From Trueperaceae bacterium (GTDB lineage: Bacteria > Deinococcota > Deinococci > Deinococcales > Trueperaceae), in NCBI GenBank assembly GCA_034521815.1, contig JAXHLW010000013.1:1504001-1568000 (forward strand): a stretch of DNA of 64,000 bases, read 5' to 3'. Positions 19,223-28,414 of this stretch are shown piece after piece. Below the pieces are notes generated by a model, which was given only the letters and a program-made list of their open reading frames with translations, was not told the origin of the DNA and ran no database searches. A program made the translations under genes and the position numbers. How positions within the stretch are numbered: position 1 is the first letter of the stretch; each line of letters opens with the position of its first letter.

Positions 19223-19890
19223 GGGTTCTGCCCCACCAGCGTCCGGTTCGCCCACCAGGCCCGCTGGCCGGCCGTGACCGCGACCAGGACGGCCGTCAAG
19301 CCTAGCCACACGGGCAACTGGCCGGGAAAGGCGAGCATCGCCGACACCAGCACCACGGTCTCGAACCCCTCCACCAGCCCGGCGGGCATCACCAGCGACG
19401 TGGCCTCGCCGCGTTCGGCCGCGCCCCGTCCACGCTTCTCCATCAACGCTGCGAGGAAGGCGTAGCTGCCGAGGTTCACGTAGTACGTGGCCAGAAGGGC
19501 CGCGACCAGCGGCCAGGTCCAGACGCTGCCCGGCGTGCCGGACCCGCCCGCCAGCCCCGCCGTGCCGATCGCGGCGCCGATCGGCACGGCGGCGTACACG
19601 CTCAGGTCCACGAGCAGGTCGAAGTAGCCGCCGCGGTCGTCGGCGTGGCCCAGGCGGCGGGCCACCTCGCCGTCGAGACCGTCGAGAAGGCGGTTGAGGA
19701 GCCACAGGGCCAGCGCCGCAGCGAAGGCGCCGAGCGCGGCGGCCAGCGCGGCGGCGAGGCCGATGGCGAGGCCCGCCAGCGTCACCGGCCCAGCGCCCCG
19801 GCGTACCAGGCGATGGGCCAGGAAAGCGCTGACCGGCGAGAGGGCGTTGCGCTTGACGGTGCGAAGGCTGCGGTCGATCACGAGCCCCAT
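19219..19890 (-). CDS. CDP-alcohol phosphatidyltransferase family (YnjF-like)
   Basis: 'NRLLDGLDGEVARR...GGYFDLLVD' signature; 'GLVEGFET'. Confidence 0.9.
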   Translation of the reverse strand: MGLVIDRSLRTVKRNALSPVSAFLAHRLVRRGAGPVTLAGLAIGLAAALAAALGAFAAALALWLLNRLLDGLDGEVARRLGHADDRGGYFDLLVDLSVYAAVPIGAAIGTAGLAGGSGTPGSVWTWPLVAALLATYYVNLGSYAFLAALMEKRGRGAAERGEATSLVMPAGLVEGFETVVLVSAMLAFPGQLPVWLGLTAVLVAVTAGQRAWWANRTLVGQNP

Positions 19891-20085
19891 GCTTTCGCGT
19901 CCGGGCCGGAATCACCGTCAGGATTCGGACCGAGCGGCGCTCGTGGGCGACGCGGTCGTTCGGTCGCCGCCCTGCTCAGCGGTACTCGGGGGCGGCGTCG
20001 ATGCGGGGCCACCGTCGCGCGGTCCTCGAGCCTCCGCCCGGCCTCGTCGCAGGCCGGTCCACGGGCCCGAGCGCCCCCGCGCCGC

Positions 20086-20508
20086 TCATGCCCCTCCGAA
20101 CGACGCGCGGAGGCCGTCGAGGCCCGACTCGTACACGCCGCGCATGGTGGACTCGAGCTGCTCGGCGGCGTCGTCAGGAGCGTCGAACGTCGCCGACCAC
20201 ACGACCGTCGAGGCGTCCTGTCCGTCGGGTAGGACGCGCATGGTGCTGCGGTAGTCCTGGAGCGGCATCGGCGCCTCCTGGATGGTGTAGACGAGGCGCC
20301 GCTCGCCGTCGTCCACCTCCTCCAACCGCTCCACCAGGCGACCGCCGTCGACGGTGGTGCAGACCCGGGTCGCCCCCGCTCCGTCGCCGCGCACCTCGGA
20401 GTGCGCGATCATCGCCAGCCAGTTCTCGATGCCCTCGAACGAGCGGAGCTCGCTCCACACCGCGTCGGCCGGGGCGGGGATCGTCCTACGTACGTCGATC
20501 TCGATCAT
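20086..20508 (-). CDS. SRPBCC / polyketide cyclase family protein
   Basis: 'IPAPADAVW', 'GAGATRVC', 'ERL', 'VYESGLDGL'; SD GGAGGAG. Confidence 0.88.
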   Translation of the reverse strand: MIEIDVRRTIPAPADAVWSELRSFEGIENWLAMIAHSEVRGDGAGATRVCTTVDGGRLVERLEEVDDGERRLVYTIQEAPMPLQDYRSTMRVLPDGQDASTVVWSATFDAPDDAAEQLESTMRGVYESGLDGLRASFGGA

Positions 20509-20778
20509 GTGCTCCTCCAGCGTCCGGGCGCTTCGGCGACTCGCGGCCTGCCCGCGTGCCGACGCGCCTCGCAGGACCCTGGCCGAGAGACTGACGCGCG
20601 TGGCGCCCCTCGCGCCGTCGCCGGCTTGACGGTCCGCATCGGCGACATGCCGCTTCGTCAAGCTGCCGACGGCGCGCACCGGCCCTACGGGGCGATCCTC
20701 GGGCCGGTGCCGGGGTGCGACGGTCGCACCACGTCCGGCGGGATCCTCCGCCAAGCCGGCCACCTGAAGGAGGTCGAG

Positions 20779-21066
20779 ATGCCGAAGGCAACGTACGCGA
20801 ACAACGTGATCGCACGCAGCGACGACGTGGAAACGGTCGAGGGCAACCTGTACTTCCCGCGCGCCAGCGTCGACATGAGCCTGCTCGAGCCCAGCACGAC
20901 CGCATCCACCTGTCCCTGGAAGGGCGCGGCACAGTACTTCCACCTGCGCGTCGGCGACACGCGCATCGAGGACGCCGCCTGGTCGTATCCGGAGCCGAAG
21001 CCCGCGGCGCAGGCGATCGCCGGCCACCTGGCGTTCGACATCCGGCGGGGACTCGAGGTCGGCTGA
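20779..21066 (+). CDS. DUF427 protein
   Basis: 'VEGNLYFP', 'CPWKGAAQY', 'AAWSYPEPK'. Confidence 0.9.
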   Translation: MPKATYANNVIARSDDVETVEGNLYFPRASVDMSLLEPSTTASTCPWKGAAQYFHLRVGDTRIEDAAWSYPEPKPAAQAIAGHLAFDIRRGLEVG

Positions 21067-21082
21067 GCCCCACCCCCGGTCG

Positions 21083-22510
21083 TCACGACGGCTCGGGCGC
21101 CGATCCGGGCGACGCGCTGTCGCGGATGTGCGCTTCGAGCTCCGCGTCCGACTCGAACGCGAACGCGTCGGGCGAGGACGGGTCGTCGAGCAGCTGCCCT
21201 GCCGCGAGCACGCCGGCGGCGCTCCACGTCTGGCGCAACCGAGCGTAACGGCCCACCAGGCCGCCCAGCGGACCGTCGTAGTACTCCGGCCAGTCGTCGC
21301 GTCGGAGCCGCTCGGCGCCGCGCGCGACGGCGTCCCGCAGCCAGTCCACGTCGCCGACGCGCCTGCCGGCCTGCGCCAGCGACCACATCAGGAACGGCCA
21401 GCTGCCACCGTTGTGGTAGGACCATGCCCGGTTCTTGGGGTCGGCCCCGGTGACCATGCGCCAGGCGTCGTTCTCGAGGGCGGGGTGGACCAGCTTCATG
21501 GGAACGACGCCCAGCAGGTCCTCCTGGTGCGCTTCCACCAGCGCGAACAGCGCCCGTCCCTGCTCCTCGGTCGCCAGCCCGCCGGCCACGGCCAGCAGGT
21601 TGCCGAGCGCGAAGAAGCGGAAGTCCATCCGTGCGGGGCCGAGGTTGCCGGCGAAGTAGCCGCCGCCCCGCTGGAGCCAGCGCATCGCCCAGGTGGGGAT
21701 GGTGTCGGGGTAGATGTTGAAGCGGTTGGACGCGCTGTCGCCGAACTGCTCGACGCCGAAGCGGTACAGCGCGCCCAGCCGCTCCTCGTCCAGCCAGTAG
21801 CTCCATCGGACGTGCCAGCCGAGCTGGCCCAAGCGACGCAGCACGGCCGGCTGCATCGCGTGGTCGCTCGGGAGCAGCTCGCGCGCCGCCCGGAGCGCCG
21901 CGAAGAACAGGGCCTGCACGTCCAGCGGATGGCCGTACACGCCCATGCGGCGGTCGATCATGCCGGCGCCGTCGGGCACGAGCAGGGTCGGCACCATCTC
22001 GAAGCGGGGCGCGAGGTAGAGGCGGAGGATGCGCTCGATCGCCTCGATCGTCTCGGGCTCCCGCGTGAGCGCCCGGTCGCCGGCGGCGCGCTGGTAGGCG
22101 CGCAGCACCAGCAGCCACCACAGCGCGGCGTCCACCGGCGTGACGCGGGCGATCGCCCGCTGACCGTAGTCCGCCACCACGCGCTCGCCGTTCTCGGCCG
22201 CGTCGATTCGGAACGAGGCCGGCATCAGGCCGGGGCTGGGTCGGACGCAGTCGATGTCGTGATCGTGCGCCTGCAGCGAGCGCAGGGTCGTCAGGAAACC
22301 CCGAACGATCTCGTGGTCGCCGCGCCCCAGCAGCGCCGCGGCCGCCACCGCGAAGTCGCGCGTGAAGCACTCACGGTAGTTGAGACCATCGTCGGCCGTG
22401 TCCTCGACGCTGGCGCACAGGCCGATCGGCGCCCCACGCAGGTGCATCCGACCGGCGTCGAGCACCGACCAGGCGCTCTCGACCACGTCGGCGGGGAGGA
22501 GCTCAGCCAC
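21083..22510 (-). CDS. Alkaline/neutral invertase, glycoside hydrolase family 100
   Basis: 'LNYRECFTRDF', 'GLMPASF', 'ADYGQRAIARV.PVD..LWW', 'MIDRRMGVYGHPL', 'MDFRFFALGN', 'DPKN..WSYHNGGSWP'. Confidence 0.93.
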   Translation of the reverse strand: MAELLPADVVESAWSVLDAGRMHLRGAPIGLCASVEDTADDGLNYRECFTRDFAVAAAALLGRGDHEIVRGFLTTLRSLQAHDHDIDCVRPSPGLMPASFRIDAAENGERVVADYGQRAIARVTPVDAALWWLLVLRAYQRAAGDRALTREPETIEAIERILRLYLAPRFEMVPTLLVPDGAGMIDRRMGVYGHPLDVQALFFAALRAARELLPSDHAMQPAVLRRLGQLGWHVRWSYWLDEERLGALYRFGVEQFGDSASNRFNIYPDTIPTWAMRWLQRGGGYFAGNLGPARMDFRFFALGNLLAVAGGLATEEQGRALFALVEAHQEDLLGVVPMKLVHPALENDAWRMVTGADPKNRAWSYHNGGSWPFLMWSLAQAGRRVGDVDWLRDAVARGAERLRRDDWPEYYDGPLGGLVGRYARLRQTWSAAGVLAAGQLLDDPSSPDAFAFESDAELEAHIRDSASPGSAPEPS

Positions 22511-22610
22511 GACCGCAACGCCCGCCGCCGTCGCTGGTCACGCCGCTCGTCCGGTCTCGGAACGGCACGAACAGGCCTCCCCCGTAGCCGATCGGCCAAA
22601 TTACCGTCAT
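22503..22610 (-). CDS. Putative leaderless 35-aa small ORF coupled to the invertase
   Basis: TAGCGT-N7-ATG; MTVIWPIGYGGGLFVPFRD...; 8-nt overlap with the invertase GTG. Confidence 0.4.
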   Translation of the reverse strand: MTVIWPIGYGGGLFVPFRDRTSGVTSDGGGRCGRG

Positions 22611-22694
22611 GACGCCAACGCTACCGCGCCGGCCCCGCTGTAGGCGCCGACCAGCAACGCCAGGACCATCAGCTGCGCAAGGAGACGAACGCAT

Positions 22695-22738
22695 GGCACG
22701 ACCGTGCGCACCGACGTCTCGAGCCCTCCCCCGCTCTC
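22695..22738 (+). repeat. 44-bp direct repeat, copy 2, abutting the aldolase stop codon
   Basis: Matches 15302-15345 with one mismatch. Confidence 0.95.
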
Positions 22739-22739
22739 C

Positions 22740-23765
22740 CTACGGCTCGTACGCCCCGCTGCTGGCCGCGGCGGTCATCCGCGCCCGCTCGAGGAAGGCT
22801 CGCTGGGCCCGCTCGACGTTCGCGGACTCCCCACGCCACGCCTGCTGCGGCGCCGACTGCAAGCCACGGCCGTAGGAGAACGTCAGGCGCCAGGGCGCGC
22901 CGACGTCCCACGCCATGCGGTTGATCGCGTCGAGGTTGACGGTCGCCTCCTCGTCGCCCTGACCGCCCGACAGGAAGGCGACGCCAGGGACCGCAGCGGG
23001 AACCGTGCGCAAGAAGCAGGTGAGCGTCATCTCGGCGACGGTCTCCGGTCCGGCCCGGTCGCTGGCCTCGGAGCCCGACAGCACCATGTTCGGCTTCAAG
23101 ATCATCCCCTCGAGGTCCACCCCCTGCTGCGCGAGCTGATGGAAGACCTCGCGCAACGTCGCCTCGGTCGCATCGAAGCAGGCATCGATGTCGTGGTCGC
23201 CGTCCATCAGCACCTCGGGCTCGACGATCGGTACCAGCCCCGCCTCTTGCGCCAACGCTGCGTAGCGCGCAAGGGCGTGCGCGTTCACGTCCACGGCGTA
23301 GCCGGTGGGACGATCGTCACCGATATGCAGCACCGCGCGCCACTTCGTGAACCGCGCGCCCAGGTCACGGTACTCGGCCAGCCGCTCTCGCAGGCCGTCG
23401 AGGCCCTCGGTGACCGTCTCGTCGGGCGCGCCGGCCAGCGGCTTGGCGCCGGCGTCGACCTTGATGCCCGGGATCACCCCGCGACGCTGCAGCAGCTCCA
23501 CGAACGGCGTGCCGTCCGCCGTCCGCTGCCGGATCGTCTCGTCGAACAGGATGACCCCGCTCACGTACGACTCGAACCCCTCGGTGGTGAACAGCAGCTC
23601 CCGGTAGGCGCGACGGTTCTCCTCCGTGTTCTCGACACCGATGGGCTCGAACCGGCGCCCGATGGTGCCGTTGCTCTCGTCCGCCGCGAGGATGCCCTTG
23701 CCCTCGACCATCAGGTCTTCGGCCGTGCTCCAGAGGCCTTGAATGCGTTCGATCTCGTTGTCCAT
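22740..23765 (-). CDS. fba: Fructose-bisphosphate aldolase class I
   Basis: 'GKGILAADES', 'GIKVD', 'KWRAV', 'LVPIVEPEV', 'ILKPNMV', 'FLSGGQ', 'FSYGR'. Confidence 0.95.
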   Translation of the reverse strand: MDNEIERIQGLWSTAEDLMVEGKGILAADESNGTIGRRFEPIGVENTEENRRAYRELLFTTEGFESYVSGVILFDETIRQRTADGTPFVELLQRRGVIPGIKVDAGAKPLAGAPDETVTEGLDGLRERLAEYRDLGARFTKWRAVLHIGDDRPTGYAVDVNAHALARYAALAQEAGLVPIVEPEVLMDGDHDIDACFDATEATLREVFHQLAQQGVDLEGMILKPNMVLSGSEASDRAGPETVAEMTLTCFLRTVPAAVPGVAFLSGGQGDEEATVNLDAINRMAWDVGAPWRLTFSYGRGLQSAPQQAWRGESANVERAQRAFLERARMTAAASSGAYEP

Positions 23766-23928
23766 GAGGGGCTCCCTTTCCGTGCGGCGAGAGGCGGGCG
23801 GCGCTTCGGTGCGGTCTTCGTCGAGGATAGCCCTCGCCCGAACGAGCACCGGCGCACGCCCGTCGCTTGGCACCTCCATGCGACTGGGCCAGCCGTCTCG
23901 GCAGGAACGTCGAGCCGGCGATCCGGCG

Positions 23929-24681
23929 TCAGAACAGATCGTCTGCCAACGGCTCGTTGATCCGGACGTCCTCGTAACGGATGGTGGCGATGCGCTCGGC
24001 GTCCGATCCCTGCAGCCGGTAGAGGACGGCGTTGCGGCCGACCGCGGGACTGCCGGCCACGGGTTCGTCGAACACCATCGCCATGGTGCCTTCGCTGCTG
24101 TCGCTGACCACCGCGAGCAGCCCTCCGGCGTCGCCGAACACGAAACGCGTCGCCTCGCCCTGGTCCAGGCCCGCCACTCGCGCCTCGCCCCGCACGGTCA
24201 CCTGATCGCCCGAGACGACGTCGGCGTACGAGACGGCGCCGTCGAAACTGGCGGACTCGATGCCCGCGAGCGGGTCGTTCGGATCGCCGGCGAAGATGTC
24301 GCCGAACTGCTCGCCCAGCTCGGGCGGCAGGGGCACGGTCATGCCGCTCACGATCATCTGCATCTGCCCGTCGGCGACCACGATCGTGGCGCTCATGCCG
24401 GGCGCGACCTCGGTGTCGATCCGGGCGCGCCTGCCGGCGTAATCGATGACGGTCCGACTCCGCACCTCGGTGCCGCCCTGGGCGTCCAGCGTCATGACGG
24501 TGGTCTGATCGAGGGTCTCGATCGTGTCGACCGTGGTGGGCTGCAGGCCGGCGAGCAGCTCGCGAGCACGATCGTCGATCTGCGCCGTCGCGATCGAACC
24601 CAACGTCGCGAAGGCGACGAGGAGGGTGACGAGACGGATGACGTGGAACGGTCGCGGGTGGTTCGTCGTTGGTGTCGGCAT
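23929..24681 (-). CDS. Exported hypothetical protein (beta-rich)
   Basis: Signal peptide ending ATA-Q; TAGCAT-N5-ATG. Confidence 0.75.
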   Translation of the reverse strand: MPTPTTNHPRPFHVIRLVTLLVAFATLGSIATAQIDDRARELLAGLQPTTVDTIETLDQTTVMTLDAQGGTEVRSRTVIDYAGRRARIDTEVAPGMSATIVVADGQMQMIVSGMTVPLPPELGEQFGDIFAGDPNDPLAGIESASFDGAVSYADVVSGDQVTVRGEARVAGLDQGEATRFVFGDAGGLLAVVSDSSEGTMAMVFDEPVAGSPAVGRNAVLYRLQGSDAERIATIRYEDVRINEPLADDLF

Positions 24682-24821
24682 GCGTCATGCTACCGGTCGA
24701 GGCGGCTGCGGTTCCAACGACCCGTCGCACCGCAGCCGATCACATCGTCACCGTGTCGGTGGCCATCGGCCGCCCCGGAGGAGCTTCCCGGTGTGATATC
24801 GTAGAAGGCGTCGATGATACT

Positions 24822-25380
24822 ATGCCTACGCGGAACGCGCCATCGGGCCGCTTCGTGCTCCGTCTACCACCCTGGCTGCACGAGTCCCTACGCGCAGACG
24901 CGGCCGACTCGGGGCTTTCACTGAACGAATATTGCGTGCGTGCCTTGACGACGCCGGGCCGGATCCACGGGACCGGGTGCCAAGGTGGCAGCGCGAGCGC
25001 TCGAGCTGTTCGGGCCACAGCTCGTGAGCGTCATCGTGTACGGCTCGTGGGCGCGCGGGGAGGCGACCGCAGCCTCCGACATCGACCTCCTCGTCGTGCT
25101 CGAAAGCACGACGCCCATCACGCGCGCGACGTACCACGCGTGGGATCGTGACCCGATCGACCACGATGGCCACGCCGTCGAGGTCCACTTCGTCACCGTT
25201 CCCGCCTTGGACGACGAACCGGGAACGGTGTGGCTCGAGGCCGCCCTCGACGGCATCGTGGTGTTCGACCGAGACCAACGGCTCAGACGCTACCTAGCCC
25301 GAGTGCGCCACGGAATCGCCAGCGGCACGGTCGAACGGCGGCGAGCGCACGGCCAACCGTACTGGACGGTCGCGAGCTGA
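24822..25380 (+). CDS. HicB-like RHH domain plus minimal nucleotidyltransferase (MNT), probably one gene with a frameshift at about 24960-24990
   Basis: 'SGRFVLRLPPWLHESL...GLSLNEYC' then 'YGSWARGEATAASDIDLLVV' (GS...DxD). Confidence 0.75.
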
Positions 25381-25790
25381 TGCGCAACCTCGACCTGCGT
25401 TCGACTACGTAGCGCGCGCGCTCGAACTCGGACGCCATCGCTGTCTGTCGGCCAGAGCTGGGCGACTCGTCCGTGAGTCGCAGAGGCGTCGAGCTCATCC
25501 TCAGCCCTGCTGGGCAATCGCCTTCGAGGCCGGGTCCGCGACGTCGGTTGCCACGGCGGCACGCGATAGATCGTCGACGGTCGCTCGCAGTTCATCGATG
25601 GCGCGCAGACGTCTTGCGACAGCTGCGCGCGACCGCGAACTCGCCTTCTACGGCGGCGAGGACCTGTCGCCTGGCGCGTGCTACGCTCAAGCGAATGCGG
25701 ATCGCTGCCCTCGCGTCGGCCCGCTGTGTCGTGCGAACTGGACCGGCGCATGTCACTGGCGCGACCTGTAACTCCGTCGAGCACCGCGAC
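25380..25790 (+). pseudogene. HEPN-domain toxin, multiply frameshifted
   Basis: ATG overlaps the MNT stop (TGATG); pieces in different frames 'MRNLDL', 'FDYV', 'VRESQ', 'VELIL', 'DRELAFYGGEDLSP'. Confidence 0.7.
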
Positions 25791-25967
25791 ACCGTGTCAG
25801 GTCGGCCGTTGCGTTCCTCATGCGCACGAGCCTACGGCACGCCAGCGATTGGCGATGGCGAACGCCGAGCCGCCGGCACCTACACGACCGCGCGGTAGCC
25901 TGGCCACACCGCACCTGGGCGTGCACCCATGCGCTGATCGCGTCGCGCTCCGAGGTAGGAGGCCGCC

Positions 25968-26897
25968 ATGAAGTACCGCCGTTTGGGCTCGACCGAGTTC
26001 CCCGTCTCCGTCGTCGGCATCGGAACCTGGCAGTTCGGGGGCGAGTGGGGCCGCGACTACGAGGTAGCCGAGGTGCGAGCCATCCTGGACCGGGCCCGCG
26101 AGCTGGGCATCAACCTCCTCGACACCGCCGAGTGCTACGGCGACCACCTCTCCGAACGGCTGATCGGAGAAGCCATCGAAGGCCGCCGCGACGAGTGGTT
26201 CGTCGCCACCAAGTTCGGCCACCGCTACACGGGCGACTTCCAGCGGGATCAGCTGTGGACGGCGGACGACGTCCTCCGGCAGCTGGACGCCTCGCTGCAG
26301 GCGCTTAGGACCGACTACGTGGACCTCTACCAGTTCCACTCCGGCAGCGACGAAGCGTTCGACGATCCGGAGCTGTGGCAGGCGCTGGCCGACCAGGTGA
26401 AGGCGGGACGCATCCGCCACCTGGGGATCTCGATCGGCAAGAACGACAACGTGCATCAGACGCGCCACGCGCGCGACGTGGGGGCCGAGGCGATCCAGGT
26501 GGTCTACAACCGGCTGGACCGCACGCCCGAGCAGGACGTCTTCCCCGCCTGCCAGAGCCACGACCTGGGCGTGCTGGCCCGCGTGCCGCTGGCCAGCGGG
26601 TACCTGAGCGGCAAGTACCGGCCCGACGCCACCTTCGACGACGCGAGCGACGTCCGCTCCCGGCACGACCCGGAGGACGTCCAGCGCAAGCTCGAGGAGG
26701 CCGAGCGCATTCGCCGCGAGGAGGTGCCCGACGGGGTCGACATGGCCACCTGGGCGCTGGCGTGGTGCCTGCAGCACCCGGCCGTCAGCTGCGTCATCCC
26801 CGGCTGCAAGAGCGTCCAGCAGGTCGAAGCCAACGCGAAGGCGGCCGAGCTCGACCTGGTGCGCGACGACCATCCGCAGGCGGTGGTCCTCGCTTAG
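25968..26897 (+). CDS. Aldo/keto reductase
   Basis: 'MKYRRLG', 'DTAECYG', 'ATKFG', 'LRTDYVDLYQFH', 'PLASG', 'IPG'. Confidence 0.93.
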   Translation: MKYRRLGSTEFPVSVVGIGTWQFGGEWGRDYEVAEVRAILDRARELGINLLDTAECYGDHLSERLIGEAIEGRRDEWFVATKFGHRYTGDFQRDQLWTADDVLRQLDASLQALRTDYVDLYQFHSGSDEAFDDPELWQALADQVKAGRIRHLGISIGKNDNVHQTRHARDVGAEAIQVVYNRLDRTPEQDVFPACQSHDLGVLARVPLASGYLSGKYRPDATFDDASDVRSRHDPEDVQRKLEEAERIRREEVPDGVDMATWALAWCLQHPAVSCVIPGCKSVQQVEANAKAAELDLVRDDHPQAVVLA

Positions 26898-26904
26898 CTG
26901 GCGA
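26770..26904 (+). repeat. 135-bp direct repeat, copy 1 (AKR 3' end)
   Basis: Ungapped match to 27874-28008 with about 5 mismatches. Confidence 0.95.
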
Positions 26905-26985
26905 TTTCCTCGCTACCTCGCCGCAGTCCGGCCTGGTCGGCGACGCGGGGGCCACTCGGTAGCTCCGGTTGGCGCCCGACCTCGC

Positions 26986-27022
26986 CCGGCCGACCCCGTC
27001 CGGCCGACCCCGTCCGGCCGAC
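26986..27022 (+). repeat. 14-bp tandem repeat CCGGCCGACCCCGT x2.6
   Basis: Read directly. Confidence 0.8.
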
Positions 27023-27027
27023 ATCGC

Positions 27028-27465
27028 CTATGCGAGCCCGTCAGGCCAAGCGCCGAGCGCGGTGGTATGCGCGGCCCTCCACAGGTGGTGGTCGAACGTC
27101 GCCACCGTGACGCGCTCACCCGCCATGTCCTGCCAGAAGAGCGCCGCGGCGAGGTGGACGGCGTCGTAGCCGCGCAATCCATGGTCCCAAGCGACGCCAG
27201 CGGCACGGGCGACGAGCATCTCCGTCATTTGTAGGCGCGCGAGCGCCGTCCACTCGTCGGCGAACGCCCGCAGCGCCTCCTCGGCCTCGCGATGCGGCAC
27301 GACCTTCATGCGGCTGGCCTTGGCGAGTGCAGCAGCCACCTCGGCGCGGCTGATGATCGACGTGCCGACCACCGAAGCCGCGTCGACGAGCGAGGCGACC
27401 TCGTCGGAGCCTGTCTCGGCCACGTAGCGCTTGACGAGCGCGCTGGCGTCGAGGTAGACGATCAC
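27028..27465 (-). CDS. vapC: PIN-domain VapC toxin
   Basis: 'IVYLDASALVKRY..E.GS', 'LRGYDAVHLA', 'TFD'. Confidence 0.92.
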   Translation of the reverse strand: MIVYLDASALVKRYVAETGSDEVASLVDAASVVGTSIISRAEVAAALAKASRMKVVPHREAEEALRAFADEWTALARLQMTEMLVARAAGVAWDHGLRGYDAVHLAAALFWQDMAGERVTVATFDHHLWRAAHTTALGAWPDGLA

Positions 27466-27737
27466 TCGCGGTCTTCGATGAGCAGGTCGGCCACGCTGCG
27501 CGGTCCGCGGGTGCGCGCCAAGGGTGCGGTGCGCGGGAGCCGCCGCTCGTCCCACTGCAACCAACCGCTTCGCATCATGGCGTCCATACGGTCCTCGATC
27601 GGCGCCACGACGGGGACGATCCGTCCGATGGGAACGCCTCGCTCGGTGATCACGACGGCCTCCCCGGTCTTTGTGAGCCGCAGGTAATGAGAGAGGCGCG
27701 CCTTGAGTTCGCGAACGTTGACGGTGATCTGTTTCAT
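27462..27737 (-). CDS. Phd/YefM family antitoxin
   Basis: 'VNVRELKARLSHYLR...GEAVVITERGVPIGRIVP'; GTGA overlap with the toxin. Confidence 0.92.
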   Translation of the reverse strand: MKQITVNVRELKARLSHYLRLTKTGEAVVITERGVPIGRIVPVVAPIEDRMDAMMRSGWLQWDERRLPRTAPLARTRGPRSVADLLIEDRE

Positions 27738-27765
27738 CGCCCCTCCCGGTGCCAGATGGCCTAAC

Positions 27766-27794
27766 GTGACTACATCGTATCACGTTGTAGTCAC
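27766..27794. promoter_or_regulatory. TA operator GTGACTACA-N11-TGTAGTCAC around the -10 box TACGAT
   Basis: Perfect 9-bp inverted repeat just upstream of the antitoxin. Confidence 0.75.
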
Positions 27795-27873
27795 TCTCGG
27801 ATCGGTCCGCAGCGCGACACACGGGTCGACAGACGGCGGTCGACACGGCGACGTGCGCACTCGCGTCGGGCCT

Positions 27874-28008
27874 TGCAACACCCGGCCGTCAGCTGCGTGG
27901 TCCCCGGCTGCAAGAGCGTCCAGCAGGTCGAAGCCAACGCGAAAGCGGCCGAGCTCGACCTGGTGCGCGACGACCATCCGCAGGCGGTGGTCCTCGCTTA
28001 GCTAGCGA
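27874..28008 (+). repeat. 135-bp direct repeat, copy 2 (orphan AKR 3' end)
   Basis: Encodes HPAVSCVVPGCKSVQQVEANAKAAELDLVRDDHPQAVVLA*. Confidence 0.95.
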
Positions 28009-28075
28009 CCATCCTGAGTACGGCCGACCCGCGACCCGTCACGTCGGATCGACCCTGCCCGCGCCATACTGAAGG

Positions 28076-28414
28076 ATGACCCAAGCACCGCGCACCCCTC
28101 CCTACGTGCTCCATGCCGACCTCGTCCACCGCCTGTCGCCCGTGCCCACCGGCGAGATCGTCAGCGAGCTCCTCCACCACGACGATCACGTGAAGGTGAC
28201 GCTGTTCGGCTGCGCCGATGGAGAGCAGCTCTCGCACCAGATCGCGAGCCGCTCGTTCATCCTCCAGGTCCTCGCGGGCGAGGTGAGGTTGGTGCTCGAC
28301 GGCAAGGTCGTCGTCACCGGCGCCGGCAGCTGGATGCGCATGGCGCCCGGACCGCACGACCCGATCACCGCGGTGGGCGAGGCGATCCTGCTCCTGACCC
28401 TGCTGAAGGACTGA
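28076..28414 (+). CDS. Cupin domain protein
   Basis: 'VKVTLFG...G.QLSH', 'ILQVLAGEV', 'M.PG.H'; CATACT-N5-ATG. Confidence 0.8.
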   Translation: MTQAPRTPPYVLHADLVHRLSPVPTGEIVSELLHHDDHVKVTLFGCADGEQLSHQIASRSFILQVLAGEVRLVLDGKVVVTGAGSWMRMAPGPHDPITAVGEAILLLTLLKD

